Notes under the pieces: generated by a model
What the model saw: the letters and a program-made list of their open reading frames with translations, nothing else
What the model was told of the DNA's origin: nothing
Database searches by the model: none
Source of the DNA: Macrostomum hystrix
Taxonomy: Eukaryota; Animalia; Platyhelminthes
Assembly: GCA_950097015.1 (NCBI GenBank)
Contig: CATNEN010000038.1
Coordinates: 34,596,001-34,660,000, forward strand
DNA length: 64,000 nucleotides
Reading direction: 5' to 3'
Position numbers and translations under genes: made by a program
In this document: positions 46,201 to 57,700 of the stretch, in pieces
Layout: each line of letters starts with the position of its first letter
Position numbering within the stretch: position 1 is the stretch's first letter

Positions 46201-49200
46201 TCTGGGGATCTGTTGTTGAAATAAGCTGTGCTCATTTCTATGCTCATAGCAACATTTTTGCGACGCGAGCGAACTCGCTCATATTACATTGAATTCTCTA
46301 CGTGCATTGCTAAAATAACGAATTAATTCTTAATTATTAATCATGCTCTCGTGTTTTTAATAATCTAATTCTACTAAAGATAATTCACGAAAGAAAATGA
46401 AGGCAAGATTGTATCTGATGTCAAAGAAAAATGTGTCCAAGTTGATTTAGATAAATATTTTGCAAAACGAATTTCGCACATTCAACAATCAATACGCTCG
46501 TATAGAAATTACACGATGGCCACCTTTCACAAGTTGTGTACAACTGTTCAGTCCATTGACTGTGGAACATCCTCCTATAACATCCACCCAAATTTCTACC
46601 CTGGCTGATGTTGGTACTCGTATTACCACATTGTGAACTGAAGCAATACGAAATCCACTGTCTTGTTGGAGATATTGTTTCTCGCTGGGGCTGAGATTCG
46701 AACCCCCGACTCTCCGCCAGAAGTCCGAAGCTCTATCTTGGCTTTCACTTTATGAATAAATAGTAACAGTGCTAGCTAGTTTTGAAACTAAGCTGCCTTT
46801 GAGCCAAGGTCTAGTGTTGACTGTTCACACTGTCACATTCCCCTTTACCGCAGAATATATTGAAGTCTGCTGAGCTGGCTAAATCGTGTGTGCAAATGCA
46901 AATCAGTTCGCCTAAAAACTATGCGATACTCTCCATTTCTGTTAATATTGAACCGAATATAAGGAAAATGGAGAATAGTAAATTTAATCTTCCAAGTCCC
47001 CGTACCAACAGCTCTCTCCTCTATTCGTTAGTCCCCAGTCCGCGGCACTCTCCGTCTGTCCTTTCTCTCTAGCTGTCTGTCTTCTAGGCTAAGTCACCGC
47101 TGCTTTAGGGCGTGCTTCAATCTCGCTCTTCTCACTCAGCCATCCCTTCTCGCAGCGCTTGATCTTGGCGCTCCCAACCCTACCATCTAGCAGCTCAGCT
47201 TATAAGAGTCGAATCTCTTTAGAAAAAGCAGTTTACCTCTCTATAGCGGCTTGCACAGATTCATTCCCTTTAGCGCATAAATGCCTACGGAGATTAGCGG
47301 ATTAAAGCTTAATGGTTCATTACTCACTGTCGGATAATCTATTGCATAGGCGTGTGGAACTTACAGGCATTTTATATTCCCTTATCTTATACCATTCCCT
47401 ATAATTTTCCCACCACTTATTTTTTAGTTCACTTTCTAATTTCTTATTTTAAGAAATCAAAGGTAGTTATACCGGGGGTGAGTGGCAGAGTGGTCTGACG
47501 CGTTTGCCTCTGACACCAAGGTCCGTGTGCTCGATTCCGTTTGTTCCGTTTTTGAGGCCACATTCATTTGGAGAGAAGGCTTGGGGGCTTGTCTTGCAAT
47601 TTACGCCCTTCAGGGCCAACCTCAAAGTCACAGTGAAGTGTACACCGCCTGACGATGAAAGTCAGGGCAGATGTACACAGCTGTGTGAGCATGTGCCTGC
47701 GTACAGTATCTGTGTGCGTGTGTGCTCGGGAGTCAGCGGAATGGGCAGAATTGCCTCCTGCAACTGTTGTTACTATTATTATTATTAAGGTAGTTATGTC
47801 TCGCATATTTTATTGGGTGTTGTAGCTGAGTGATTTGAGCGTTGGACTCACGACATGAGGTCGGAAGCTCGATTCCCGACTTTATTGGAACAATTTGTGT
47901 CCTATAGCAAGATACTTATCTCTGCATTGCTTCAGTTCACCCGGTGCTTCAGCTGGGGTAATAAAGGGTGGCTGTGGCGTCCCACCAGTCCATGGACTGG
48001 ACAGCCGTACGCAGCTTCCATATGCTGCCGGCTGCGCATAAGGCTCAAGTGGGGCAGGTGTAACTTAATATTTTAATTATTAATTATCAATTAACTCTTT
48101 TTGATTTAGTAAAAAAGGTAAATTAATTAACAAACCATACTACTAATAGTATACTACTGGCATAGAAAGTTACTAATGAATTTGCTAATTGAATCCGCCT
48201 GTTATACAGATGGACGTCAGCGCAAAGCTCAGCAAAGTTCTGAAGAGTATTGAAGTGCAGGACAGTGGAGTTTATGTTCAGGCCAGCACACTAGGGTCAC
48301 TTGAGGCTCTACTATTGTTTCTGCGCACCGAGAAGATACCCTACTGCGGCATCAACATTGGACCGGTGCACAAGCGCGATGTAACCAAGTGCAGCATCAT
48401 GCTTGAGAAGGATCCACAGTGAGTGTCTGCATCTAAGGTGTTGTGCGATTGCTAGTCTAGCCTAGATGGATCTTGGATATTAGAATGGATTGCTAGTCTA
48501 GCCTAGATGGATCTTGGATATTAGAATGGATTGCTAGTCTAGCCTAGATGGATCTTGGATATTAGAATGGATTGCTAGTCTAGCCTAGATGGATCTTGGA
48601 TATTAGAATGGATTGCTAGTCTAGCCTAGATGGATCTTGAATATTAGAATGAATGGATTGCTAGTCTAGTCTAGATGGATCTTGGATATTAGAATGGATT
48701 GCTAGTCTAGCCAAGATGGATCTTGGATATTAGAATGGATTGCTAGTCTAGCCTAGATGGATCTTGGATATTAGAATGGATTGCTAGTCTAGCCTAGATG
48801 GATCTTGAATATTAGAATGAATGGATTGCTAGTCTAGTCTAGATGGATCTTGGATATTAGAATGGATTGCTAGTCTAGCCTAGATGGATCTTGAATATTA
48901 GAATGAATGGATTGCTAGTCTAGTCTAGATGGATCTTGGATATTAGAATGGATTGCTAGTCTAGCCAAGATGGATCTTGGATATTAGAATGGATTGCTAG
49001 TCTAGCCTAGATGGATCTTGAATATTAGAATGAATGGATTGCTAGTCTAGTCTAGATGGATCTTGGATGCTAGAATGGATTGCTAGTCTAGCCTAGATGG
49101 ATCTTGAATATTAGAATGAATGGATTGCTAGTCTAGTCTAGATGGATCTTGGATGCTAGAATGGATTGCTAGTCTAGCCAAGATGGATCTTGGATATTAG

Positions 49201-51023
49201 AATGGATTGCTAGTCTAGCCTAGATGGATCTTGGATATTAGAATGGATTGCTAGTCTAGCCTAGATGGATCTTGGATATTAGAATGGATTGCTAGTCTAG
49301 TCTAGATGGATCTTGAATATTAGAATGAATGGATTGCTAGTCTAGTCTAGATGGATCTTGGATATTAGAATGAATGGATTGCTAGTCTAGTCTAGATGGA
49401 TCTTGGATATTAGAATGGATTGCTAGTCTAGCCTAGATGGATCTTGAATATTAGAATGAATGGATTGCTAGTCTAGTCTAGATGGATCTTGGATATTAGA
49501 ATGGATTGCTAGTCTAGCCTAGATGGATCTTGAATATTAGAATGAATGGATTGCTAGTCTAGTCTAGATGGATCTTGGATATTAGAATGGATTGCTAGTC
49601 TAGCCTAGATGGATCTTGGATATTAGAATGGATTGCTAGTCTAGCCTAGATGGATCTTGGATATTAGAATGGATTGCTAGTCTAGCCTAGATGGATCTTG
49701 GATATTAGAATGGATTGCTAGTCTAGCCTAGATGGATCTTGGATATTAGAATGGATTGCTAGTCTAGCCTAGATGGATCTTGGATATTAGAATGGATTGC
49801 TAGTCTAGCCTAGATGGATCTTGGATACTAGAATGGATTGCTAGTCTAGCCTAGATGGATCTTGGATATTAGAATGGATTGCTAGTCTAGCCTAGATGGA
49901 TCTTGGATATTAGAATGGATTGCTAGTCTAGCCTAGATGGATCTTGGATATTAGAATGGATGGATTGCTAGTCTAGTCTAGATGGATCTTGGATATTAGA
50001 ATAGATTGCTAGTCTAGACTAGATGGATCTTGGATATTAGAATGGATTGCTAGTCTAGCCTAGATGGATCTTGGATATTAGAATAGATTGCTAGTCTAGC
50101 CTAGATGGATCTTGGATATTAGAATGGATTGCTAGTCTAGCCTAGATGGATCTTGGATATTAGAATGGATTGCTAGTCTAGCCTAGATATATCTTGGATA
50201 TTAGAATATGGATTGCTAGTCTAGCCCTGATAGCAATTATCCTACTCCGCTCTCCAGATGGGCCGTAATCCTAGCCTTCGACGTAAAAGTGGAGCGCGAA
50301 GCTCAAGAGCTGGCGGACAGTCACGGCGTGAAGATCTTCACAGCCGACATCATCTATCACCTGAGCGACGCGTTCATGAAATGGCGGGACGATCGGGTCA
50401 AAGCTGAACGAGAAAAGTTCAAAGACATCGCCGTCTTCCCCTGCAAGCTACGCATCCTGCCCCAGTTCATCTTCAATAGCCGCGACCCCATCGTCTGCGG
50501 CGTCAACGTTGAGGCTGGCATCCTGAAGGTTGGCACCCCGCTTGCCGTGCCATCAAAGGAGTGCATCTACCTGGGCCGCGTGGAGTCTCTGGAGCTCAAT
50601 CATAAGAAGGTCTGAACTTTTACCTGTCTTTGTCCACCTGCCCTTCTTTTTCTGGTTGTCTGTCTGTCCATCTTTCTGTCCGCCTGTCTGCCTGTCCGCC
50701 TGTCTGCCTGTCTGTCTGTCCGCGTGGCTGTCTGTCTATCTGTTTGTCTGTGTGTCAGTCTGTAGTATGCCTGTCACTGAAATTGGCTCCATTCAAACCA
50801 GGTTGACGAGGCCCGCCGAGGCGCCGAAGTCTGCATCAAGATCGCCGCACCGCCTGGCGACGCGCCGAAGTTATACGGGCGGCACTTCGACCACACTGAC
50901 CTGCTGATGAGCCGCATTAGTCGAGAGAGCATCGACGCCCTGAAGCAGTACTTCCGCGACGACCTGAGCAAAGAAGACTGGAAGCTGGTTATCGATCTGA
51001 AGAAGGCCTTCAATGTCTACTAA
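26323..51023 (+). CDS. EIF5B: Eukaryotic translation initiation factor 5B (1054 aa, 6 exons)
   Basis: Exons 26323-28227, 29113-29295, 36164-36457, 48210-48418, 50258-50609, 50802-51023 (TAA); total 3165 nt, phases consistent. Charged N-terminus; motifs [91 protein letters not shown]. Confidence 0.97.
28340..28840 (+). repeat. 23-bp minisatellite (TGGATTGTGGAATAAGCCACTGA) in eIF5B intron 1
   Basis: Tandem repeat. Confidence 0.95.
29380..30390 (+). repeat. Composite minisatellite (short CACTGTCTCTCCTGAC units flanking a 60-bp unit block)
   Basis: Three contiguous sub-arrays built from the same CACTGTC core. Confidence 0.93.
31587..32537 (+). repeat. 15-bp minisatellite (CTCATCTCACCCGTGT-like), inverted relative of the array in the hAT MITE at 36522
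   Basis: Tandem 15-mers. The left flank at 31543-31576 aligns with the reverse complement of 37234-37273. Confidence 0.93.
32803..33919 (-). mobile_element. Mariner transposon, internal-deletion derivative (transposase pseudogene in ORF 32758-33582)
   Basis: TA|CCTTAGTGC ... GCACTAAGG|TA termini. Motifs RSGRP, WVPKLL, ITQDES (D1), LHCDNARPH (D2), HPPYSPDLA, then truncation before the third Asp. Confidence 0.92.
34875..35180 (+). mobile_element. CORE-type SINE (family B), near full length
   Basis: tRNA head; TTGTGTCCTTTAGCAAGACACTTAACTCTGCATTGCTTCAGTTCACCCAGCTGTTAAATGGG resembles the MIR/CORE domain; TTA tail. Confidence 0.85.
36522..37324. mobile_element. Non-autonomous hAT (Charlie/SPIN-like) MITE carrying a 15-bp minisatellite
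   Basis: TIRs CAGGGGTAGGCAAACT / AGTTTGCCGACCCCTG (15 of 16 match). Perfect 8-bp TSD CTTTACAG at 36514-36521 and 37325-37332. GGGCCG sub-terminal motifs. Array at ~36603-37235. Confidence 0.93.
38969..42311 (-). CDS. Divergent SLC6 (sodium:neurotransmitter symporter)-like membrane protein, ~860 aa, nested antisense in eIF5B intron 3
   Basis: Exons 41428-42311 (CG|GTAAGT) and 38969-40667 (TTTGCAG|C) join in phase 2. [24 protein letters not shown] and GALITLGSY are SLC6 hallmarks. Many hydrophobic segments; long Pro/Gln/Gly-rich C-tail. Confidence 0.8.
40975..41095 (-). mobile_element. SINE family B 3' fragment
   Basis: Contains GCTGTTCAGTCCATGGACT. Confidence 0.55.
43660..43915 (+). mobile_element. 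CORE-type SINE (family B)
   Basis: High similarity to the 34875 copy; an inverted fragment lies at ~43410-43500. Confidence 0.85.
44420..45960 (+). repeat. 33-bp minisatellite (AAAGCAATTAACTGTAGGTTACAATTGTCTACG)
   Basis: About 46 tandem units. Confidence 0.97.
46533..46736 (-). mobile_element. Diverged CORE-type SINE (family B)
   Basis: Reverse-strand B box (GGTTCGAATC), TGAACTGAAGCAAT and CAGTCCATTGACTG. Confidence 0.65.
47474..47787 (+). mobile_element. SINE family A copy
   Basis: GGGGGTGAGTGGCAGAGTGG head, shared body, TTA tail. Confidence 0.85.
47822..48080 (+). mobile_element. CORE-type SINE (family B)
   Basis: tRNA head, CORE-like segment, CAGTCCATGGACTG. Confidence 0.8.
48447..50226 (+). 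repeat. 41/45-bp minisatellite filling eIF5B intron 4
   Basis: GATTGCTAGTCTAGCCTAGATGGATCTTGGATATTAGAATG, about 42 units. Confidence 0.97.
50655..50762 (+). repeat. (GTCT)n-like microsatellite in eIF5B intron 5
   Basis: Degenerate tetranucleotide run. Confidence 0.75.
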
Positions 51024-51124
51024 AATAACCATCTTATTTTATTTCTCTCTATTGCGTCTGGTTTCAACTTTAATCCTCTTGAGCTCTTTAACTTTTCCTG
51101 TTTTTTCGATCCAGTCTTTTGGGT

Positions 51125-52765
51125 TGGCCATTGCACCCCCAATTCTAGTACCATTCAAGTTGTCATTACATTCCCAATTCAACTACCATTTCAAGTTGGT
51201 CAATACACCCCCAATTCAACTACCTTTCAAGTTGGTCATTGCACTCCCAATTCAACTACCTTTCAAGTTGGTCATTACACCCACAATTCAACTACCTTTC
51301 AAGTTGGTCATTACACCCACAATTCAACTACCTTTCAAGTTGGTCATTACACCCCCAATTCAACTACCTTTCAAGTTGGTCATTGCACCCCCAATTCAAC
51401 TACCTTTCAAGTTGGTCATTACACCCCCAATTCAACTACCTTTCAAGTTGGTCATTGCACCCCCAATTCAACTACCTTTCAAGTTGGTCATTACACCCCC
51501 AATTCAACTACCTTTCAAGTTGGTCATTGCACCCCCAATTCAACTACCTTTCAAGTTGGTCATTACACCCCCAATTCAACTACCTTTCAAGTTGGTCATT
51601 GCACCCCCAATTCAACTACCTTTCAAGTTGGTCATTGCACTCCCAATTCAACTACCTTTCAAGTTGGTCATTACACCCACAATTCAACTACCTTTCAAGT
51701 TGGTCATTACACCCACAATTCAACTACCATTTAAGTTGGTCATTGCACCCCCAATTCAACTACCTTTCAAGTTGTCATTACACCCCCAATTCAACTACCT
51801 TTCAAGTTGGTCATTACACCCCCAATTCAACTACCATTCAAGCTGGTCATTACACCCCCAATTCAACTACCTTTCAAGTTGGTCATTGCACCCCCAATTC
51901 AACTACCTTTCAAGTTGGTCATTACACCCCCAATTCAACTACCTTTCAAGTTGGTCATTACACCCCCAATTCAACTACCTTTCAAGTTGGTCATTACACC
52001 CCCAATTCAACTACCTTTCAAGTTGGTCATTGCACCCCCAATTCAACTACCGTTTCAAGCTGGTCATTACACCCCCAATTCAACTACCATTTCAAGTTGG
52101 TCATTACACCCCCAATTCAACTACCTTTCAAGTTGGTCATTACACCCCCAATTCAACTACCATTTCAAGTTGGTCATTACACCCCCAATTCAACTACCAT
52201 TTCAAGTTGGTCATTACACCCCCAATTCAACTACCTTTCAAGTTGGTCATTACACTCCCAATTCAACTACCATTTCAAGTTGGTCATTACACCCCCAATT
52301 CAACTACCTTTCAAGTTGGTCATTGCACCCCCAATTCAACTACCTTTCAAGTTGGTCATTACACCCCCAATTCAACTACCTTTCAAGTTGGTCATTACAC
52401 CCACAATTCAACTACCTTTCAAGTTGGTCATTACACCCCCAATTCAACTACCTTTCAAGTTGGTCATTGCACCCCCAATTCAACTACCTTTCAAGTTGGT
52501 CATTACACCCACAATTCAACTACCTTTCAAGTTGTCATTACACTCCCAATTCAACTACCTTTCAAGTTGGTCATTACACCCCCAATTCAACTACCATTCA
52601 AGTTGTCATTACACTCCCAATTCAACTACCTTTCAAGTTGGTCATTACACCCCCAATTCAACTACCATTTCAAGTTGGTCATTACACCCCCAATTCAACT
52701 ACCTTTCAAGTTGGTCATTACACCCCCAATTCAACTACCATTTCAAGTTGGTCATTACACCCCCT
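51125..52765 (+). repeat. 36-bp minisatellite (CAAGTTGGTCATTACACCCCCAATTCAACTACCTTT) just 3' of the eIF5B stop
   Basis: About 45 units; explains ORFs 51013, 51239 and 51807. Confidence 0.97.
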
Positions 52766-53809
52766 TCTTCCATGTTTCAAACTTTCAAATCGCCATTATC
52801 CCTTATCCCATTAATTTGAACGAGTTAGATCTCGATAGTCTTAAACCTGTCTGTATTTTTGCTTGGCCTATTTGGTTATATGTACTGTCTGCGCCACTTA
52901 CAGGATAAATATTGATTCCTCTTTTCAGTGGCCATTGAACCTTAAACTGCTTTCTTAACTGTCAAATTAAAACTAATTGATTTTAAAGCAAAAAACACTG
53001 ATAATATAGTTTTTGTGAATGGCATTTTTCATTTTCTTCTATTATTATTTTGTCTTCTCTGTCGCGAAAACTGATAGAAGGAAAGTTAAATTGTTGGTTT
53101 ATTTTCTGCGCGCGTAATAATTCCTGGTCTTTTGGTGTCCTCGAAATTTGAAATCTACGCATTGAAATCTTTCATTCGTGGCTAAATAGTCGATCCCGTG
53201 ACCGTACTTTGTTTATTTTTTTTGTCTTCTCTGTTGTGCTGTGCATTTTAAATATCGCCAGCTTGTCTGGGTAAAAATTTGGGCCGTTTAGGAACGGAAT
53301 AATTTTTCAAGTTACTCCGATCTGTAAATGCTTCACTTGCTACTCAATCGGTGTCAGTAGCGTTATTTGCGTATTGGTGTTATTTTTTGTGGACTGTAGT
53401 GAAAAAGCGCGAGCTACTCGTAATTAAAGAAACATGCGTAGTTATTCAAATCTAAAAATAACTTAATCGATAATGCTATGTTAATCTAACCAGTTCATTT
53501 TTGTGACCAATGCTGAAAAAAATAATGATTAAAAAAGTAATAAGAATGTTACCTTATGATAACATAATTTCTCTGGAGAGTGGCTATAATTCATAATTCA
53601 ATCGGTATGAAATAGAGCACGCATTGCTAATGCGATTGTCTTATTGAGTTCCAGAACACAATTTGTTTCGATTTGCTTACTTTTGTTTAAAAAGTTGTAG
53701 GTTGTATAGTCTAACATGTGGTCGTCATATTTTTACACTAGCTAAATCCTTATTCATTGGATTCTATACATTTTAAATTATCCCATTGCTAGATGTACAT
53801 TCATCTCTA

Positions 53810-54425
53810 TGTTAGACCTTCATTAATCCCTTTGATAGACCATCATGAATCCCTTTGATTGACTTTCATGAATCCCTTTGATAGACTTTCATTAATCCCA
53901 TTGTTAGACTTTCATTAATCCCTTTGATAGACTTTCATTAACCCCATTGTTAGACTTTCATTAATCCCTTTGATAGACCATCATGAATCCCTTTGATTGA
54001 CTTTCATTTATCCTATTGTTAGACCATGATTAATCCCTTTGATAGACTTTCATTAACCCCATTGTTAGACTTTCATTAATCCCTTTGATAGACCATCATG
54101 AATCCCTTTGATTGACTTTCATTAATCCCTTTGATAGACTTTCATTTATCCTATTGTTAGACCATGATTAATCCCTTTGATAGACTTTCATTAACCCCAT
54201 TGCTAGACTTTCATTAATCCCTTTGATAGACTTTCATTTATCCTATTGTTAGACCATGATTAATCCCTTTGATAGACTTTCATTAATCCCATTGATAGAC
54301 CATCATTAATCCCATTGATAGACCATCATTAATCCCATTGATAGACCATCATTAATCCCATTGATAGACCATCATTAATCCCATTGTTAGACCATCATTA
54401 ATCCCTTTGTTAGACCTTCATAAAT
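53810..54425 (+). repeat. 23-bp minisatellite (GATAGACTTTCATTAATCCCTTT)
   Basis: Tandem repeat. Confidence 0.95.
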
Positions 54426-54788
54426 TCCATTATTTGGTTTCGAATATCCCACTTTTTATTCTTAACTATCACATTAGTAATTTCTCTGATTAATCTCATT
54501 CTTAAATTCGCCTTAATTCCGTAGTTACTTTGTTCTTAATCCCATTGTTAGATTCTGCTTTCTAAAATTTAAATCTAATTCTGAATTTTCCGTTTGACCA
54601 TTTTTAGACCTTCAATAATCACAATAAAATAAATTTGAATCTTACATTTATAAGCTTTCAGTCTGCAACTTTATTTACAATCTGTGTAAAATGAAACAAC
54701 AAAATAATTTCTAAACCGTCTTTTATTCCAAGCAGTGAGCACAACTTGCTAACACTCTACTCTTAGTAGGCTAAGTCAGATGAATATT

Positions 54789-57700
54789 TTAAGCATCTTC
54801 ACCAAGAGCGGCCGAAAACTCTTCGTAGTCGATCATGCCATCTCCGTCCAGATCGGCTGCCGCTATCATTTCGTCGGCCTCCTCAGTCGTCATCTTGTCG
54901 CCTCGGGTTGTCAAAATGCGCCTTTTGTGTCATAAAAAAGTGAAGTAGTATTAAAAAACTAATACTAGAGATAAACTGTCAACACTACTGCAATCCTTTA
55001 TTAATCTTCTCTAATCAAAGAGTTAATCCCTGAATCTACTCTGATCCTAGAGTTAATCCTCCAATCTACTCCTAATCCTAGAGTTAATCCCTCGATCTAC
55101 TCTTAATCCTAGAGTTAATCCCTCAATCTACTCTAATCATAGAGTTAATCCTCCAATCTACTCCTAATCCTAGAGTTAATCCCTCGATCTACTCTTAATC
55201 CTAGAGTTAATCCCTCAATCTACTCTAATCATAGAGTTAATCCTCCAATCTACTCCTAATCCTAGAGTTAATCCCTCGATCTACTCTTAATCCTAGAGTT
55301 AATTCCCTCAATCTACTCTAATCCTAGAGTTAATTCCCTCAATCTACTCTAATCCTAGAGTTAATCCTCCAATCTACTCCTAATCCTAGAGTTAATCCCT
55401 CGATCTACTCTTAATCCTAGAGTTAATTCCCTCAATCTACTATAATCCTAGATTTAATCCCTTAATCTACTTTAATCCCAGAACTAATCCCTCAATCTAC
55501 TCTAATCCTAGAGCTAATCCCTCAATCTACTCTAGTCCTAGAGCTAATCCCTCAATCTACTCTAATCCCAGAACTAATCCCTCAATCTACTCTAATCCTA
55601 GAGTTATTGCTAGAGCTACTCAGCTGATTAAGTAGCTTTCTCTCTTGTGTGCTCTGTCTGTTCTCGTATTCGCCTCAACTAAGAATATTAGCCAGCTAAT
55701 AAAAGTGCTAATTATCACACCTGAGCTCATCTGCCGTGATGTAGCCTCTCTTCTCAAGGTCGAACACCATGAATGCGTTTTTAATCTCCTCCCGCGTCAC
55801 CGGCTTGTTCACGTGATTCACCATCAGCGACACGAACTCCGGGAAGTCTATAGTCCCGCTGCCTGTTGACAACAAGTTTTTTCCCGATTGAAATCGGATA
55901 GAGTGCATGCGGGCGTGTTTAACTTTGCCTTATTAAACCGAAATATTTTTTCTCTCGCAAAATCACGCAATTTGACGTCAGTTTAGTGTTTTATTTTCAG
56001 CCTAGGTCTCATATTATCCTTATTTTTTGTTCCGCAGACATTTCTGATCTATTGTGACGTGTGTGGGACGTTCTAAAATTAGCGAAATGCGATTCATTTC
56101 TTTTCTCTTTCGTGGTTGCACGTTGTCAGAATTTAGTCCGGCTATTTTTATTTGCCTCTATTTTATTTCTGAATTGAAATATTTCGTTCACGTGAAATAT
56201 ATCATCTTTTTGCACACCGATTATCTGCAGATCCACTTCCTGATAATTAGCTCGGAGTAGGAGGCAGTGATGGCGAGGAACAGAGAAAGGAAGTTGAGGA
56301 AGGCGAGGAATAGAGAAAGGAAGTTGAGGACTGTGAGGAATAGAGAAAGGAAGTTGTGGAATGTGAGGAATAGAGAAAGGAAGTTGTGGAATGTGAGGAA
56401 TAGAGAAAGGAAGTTGAGGAATGTGAGGAATAGAGAAAGGAACGTGAGGAATGTGAGAAAAAAAGAGAAAGGAAGTTGAGGACTGTGAGGAATAGAAAAA
56501 GGAACGTGAGGAATGTGAGGAATAGAGAAAGGAAATTGAGGAATGTGAGGAATAGAGAAAGGAAGTTGAGGACTGTGAGGAATAGAGAAAGGAAGTTGTG
56601 GAATGTGAGGAATAGAGAAAGGAAGTTGAGGAATGTGAGGAATAGAAAAAGGAACGTGAGGAATGTGAGGAATAGAGAAAGGAAATTGAGGAATGTGAGG
56701 AATAGAGAAAGGAAGTTGAGGACTGTGAGGAATAGAGAAAGGAAGTTGTGGAATGTGAGGAATAGAGAAAGGAAGTTGTGGAATGTGAGGAATAGAGAAA
56801 GGAAGTTGAGGAATGTGAGGAATAGAGAAAGGAAGTTGAGGAAGGCGAGGAATAGAGAAAGGAAGTTGAGGACTGTGAGGAATAGAGAAAGGAAGTTGTG
56901 GAATGTGAGGAATAGAGAAAGGAAGTTGTGGAATGTGAGGAATAGAGAAAGGAAGTTGAGGAATGTGAGGAATAGAGAAAGGAACGTGAGGAATGTGAGA
57001 AAAAAAGAGAAAGGAAGTTGAGGAATGTGAGGAATAGAAAAAGGAACGTGAGGAATGTGAGGAATAGAGAAAGGAAATTGAGGAATGTGAGGAATAGAGA
57101 AAGGAAGTTGAGGAATGTGAGGAATAGAGAAAGGAAGTTGTGGAATGTGAGGAATAGAGAAAGGAAGTTGAGGAATGTGAGGAATAGAAAAAGGAACGTG
57201 AGGAATGTGAGGAATAGAGAAAGGAAATTGAGGAATGTGAGGAATAGAGAAAGGAAGTTGAGGACTGTGAGGAATAGAGAAAGGAAGTTGTGGAATGTGA
57301 GGAATAGAGAAAGGAAGTTGTGGAATGTGAGGAATAGAGAAAGGAAGTTGAGGAATGTGAGGAATAGAGAAAGGAAGGTGACGAATGTGAGAAAAAAAGA
57401 GAAAGGAAGTTGAGGAATGTGAGAAATAGAGAAAGGAAGGTGACGAATGTGAGAAATAGAGAAATGAAGTTGAGGAATGTGAGAAATAGAGAGAGAAAGG
57501 TGAGGAATGTGAGAAATAGAGAGAGAAAGGTGAGGAATGTGAGAAATAGAGAGAGAAAGGTGAGGAATGTGAGAAATAGGAAGGAAAGTTAAAAAGATCA
57601 GAAGCAAGGTGAGAAAGATGAGAATAAAGGTGAGAAAGATAAGAAGGAAGGTGAAAAGGTTGGGAAAGAAAGGTGAGAAAGATGAGAATAAAGGTGAGAA

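Noticed and set aside
48447-50226. CRISPR-like appearance of regular 30-45-bp repeats
   Set aside because: Head-to-tail units with no unique spacers, no cas genes, eukaryotic intronic context.
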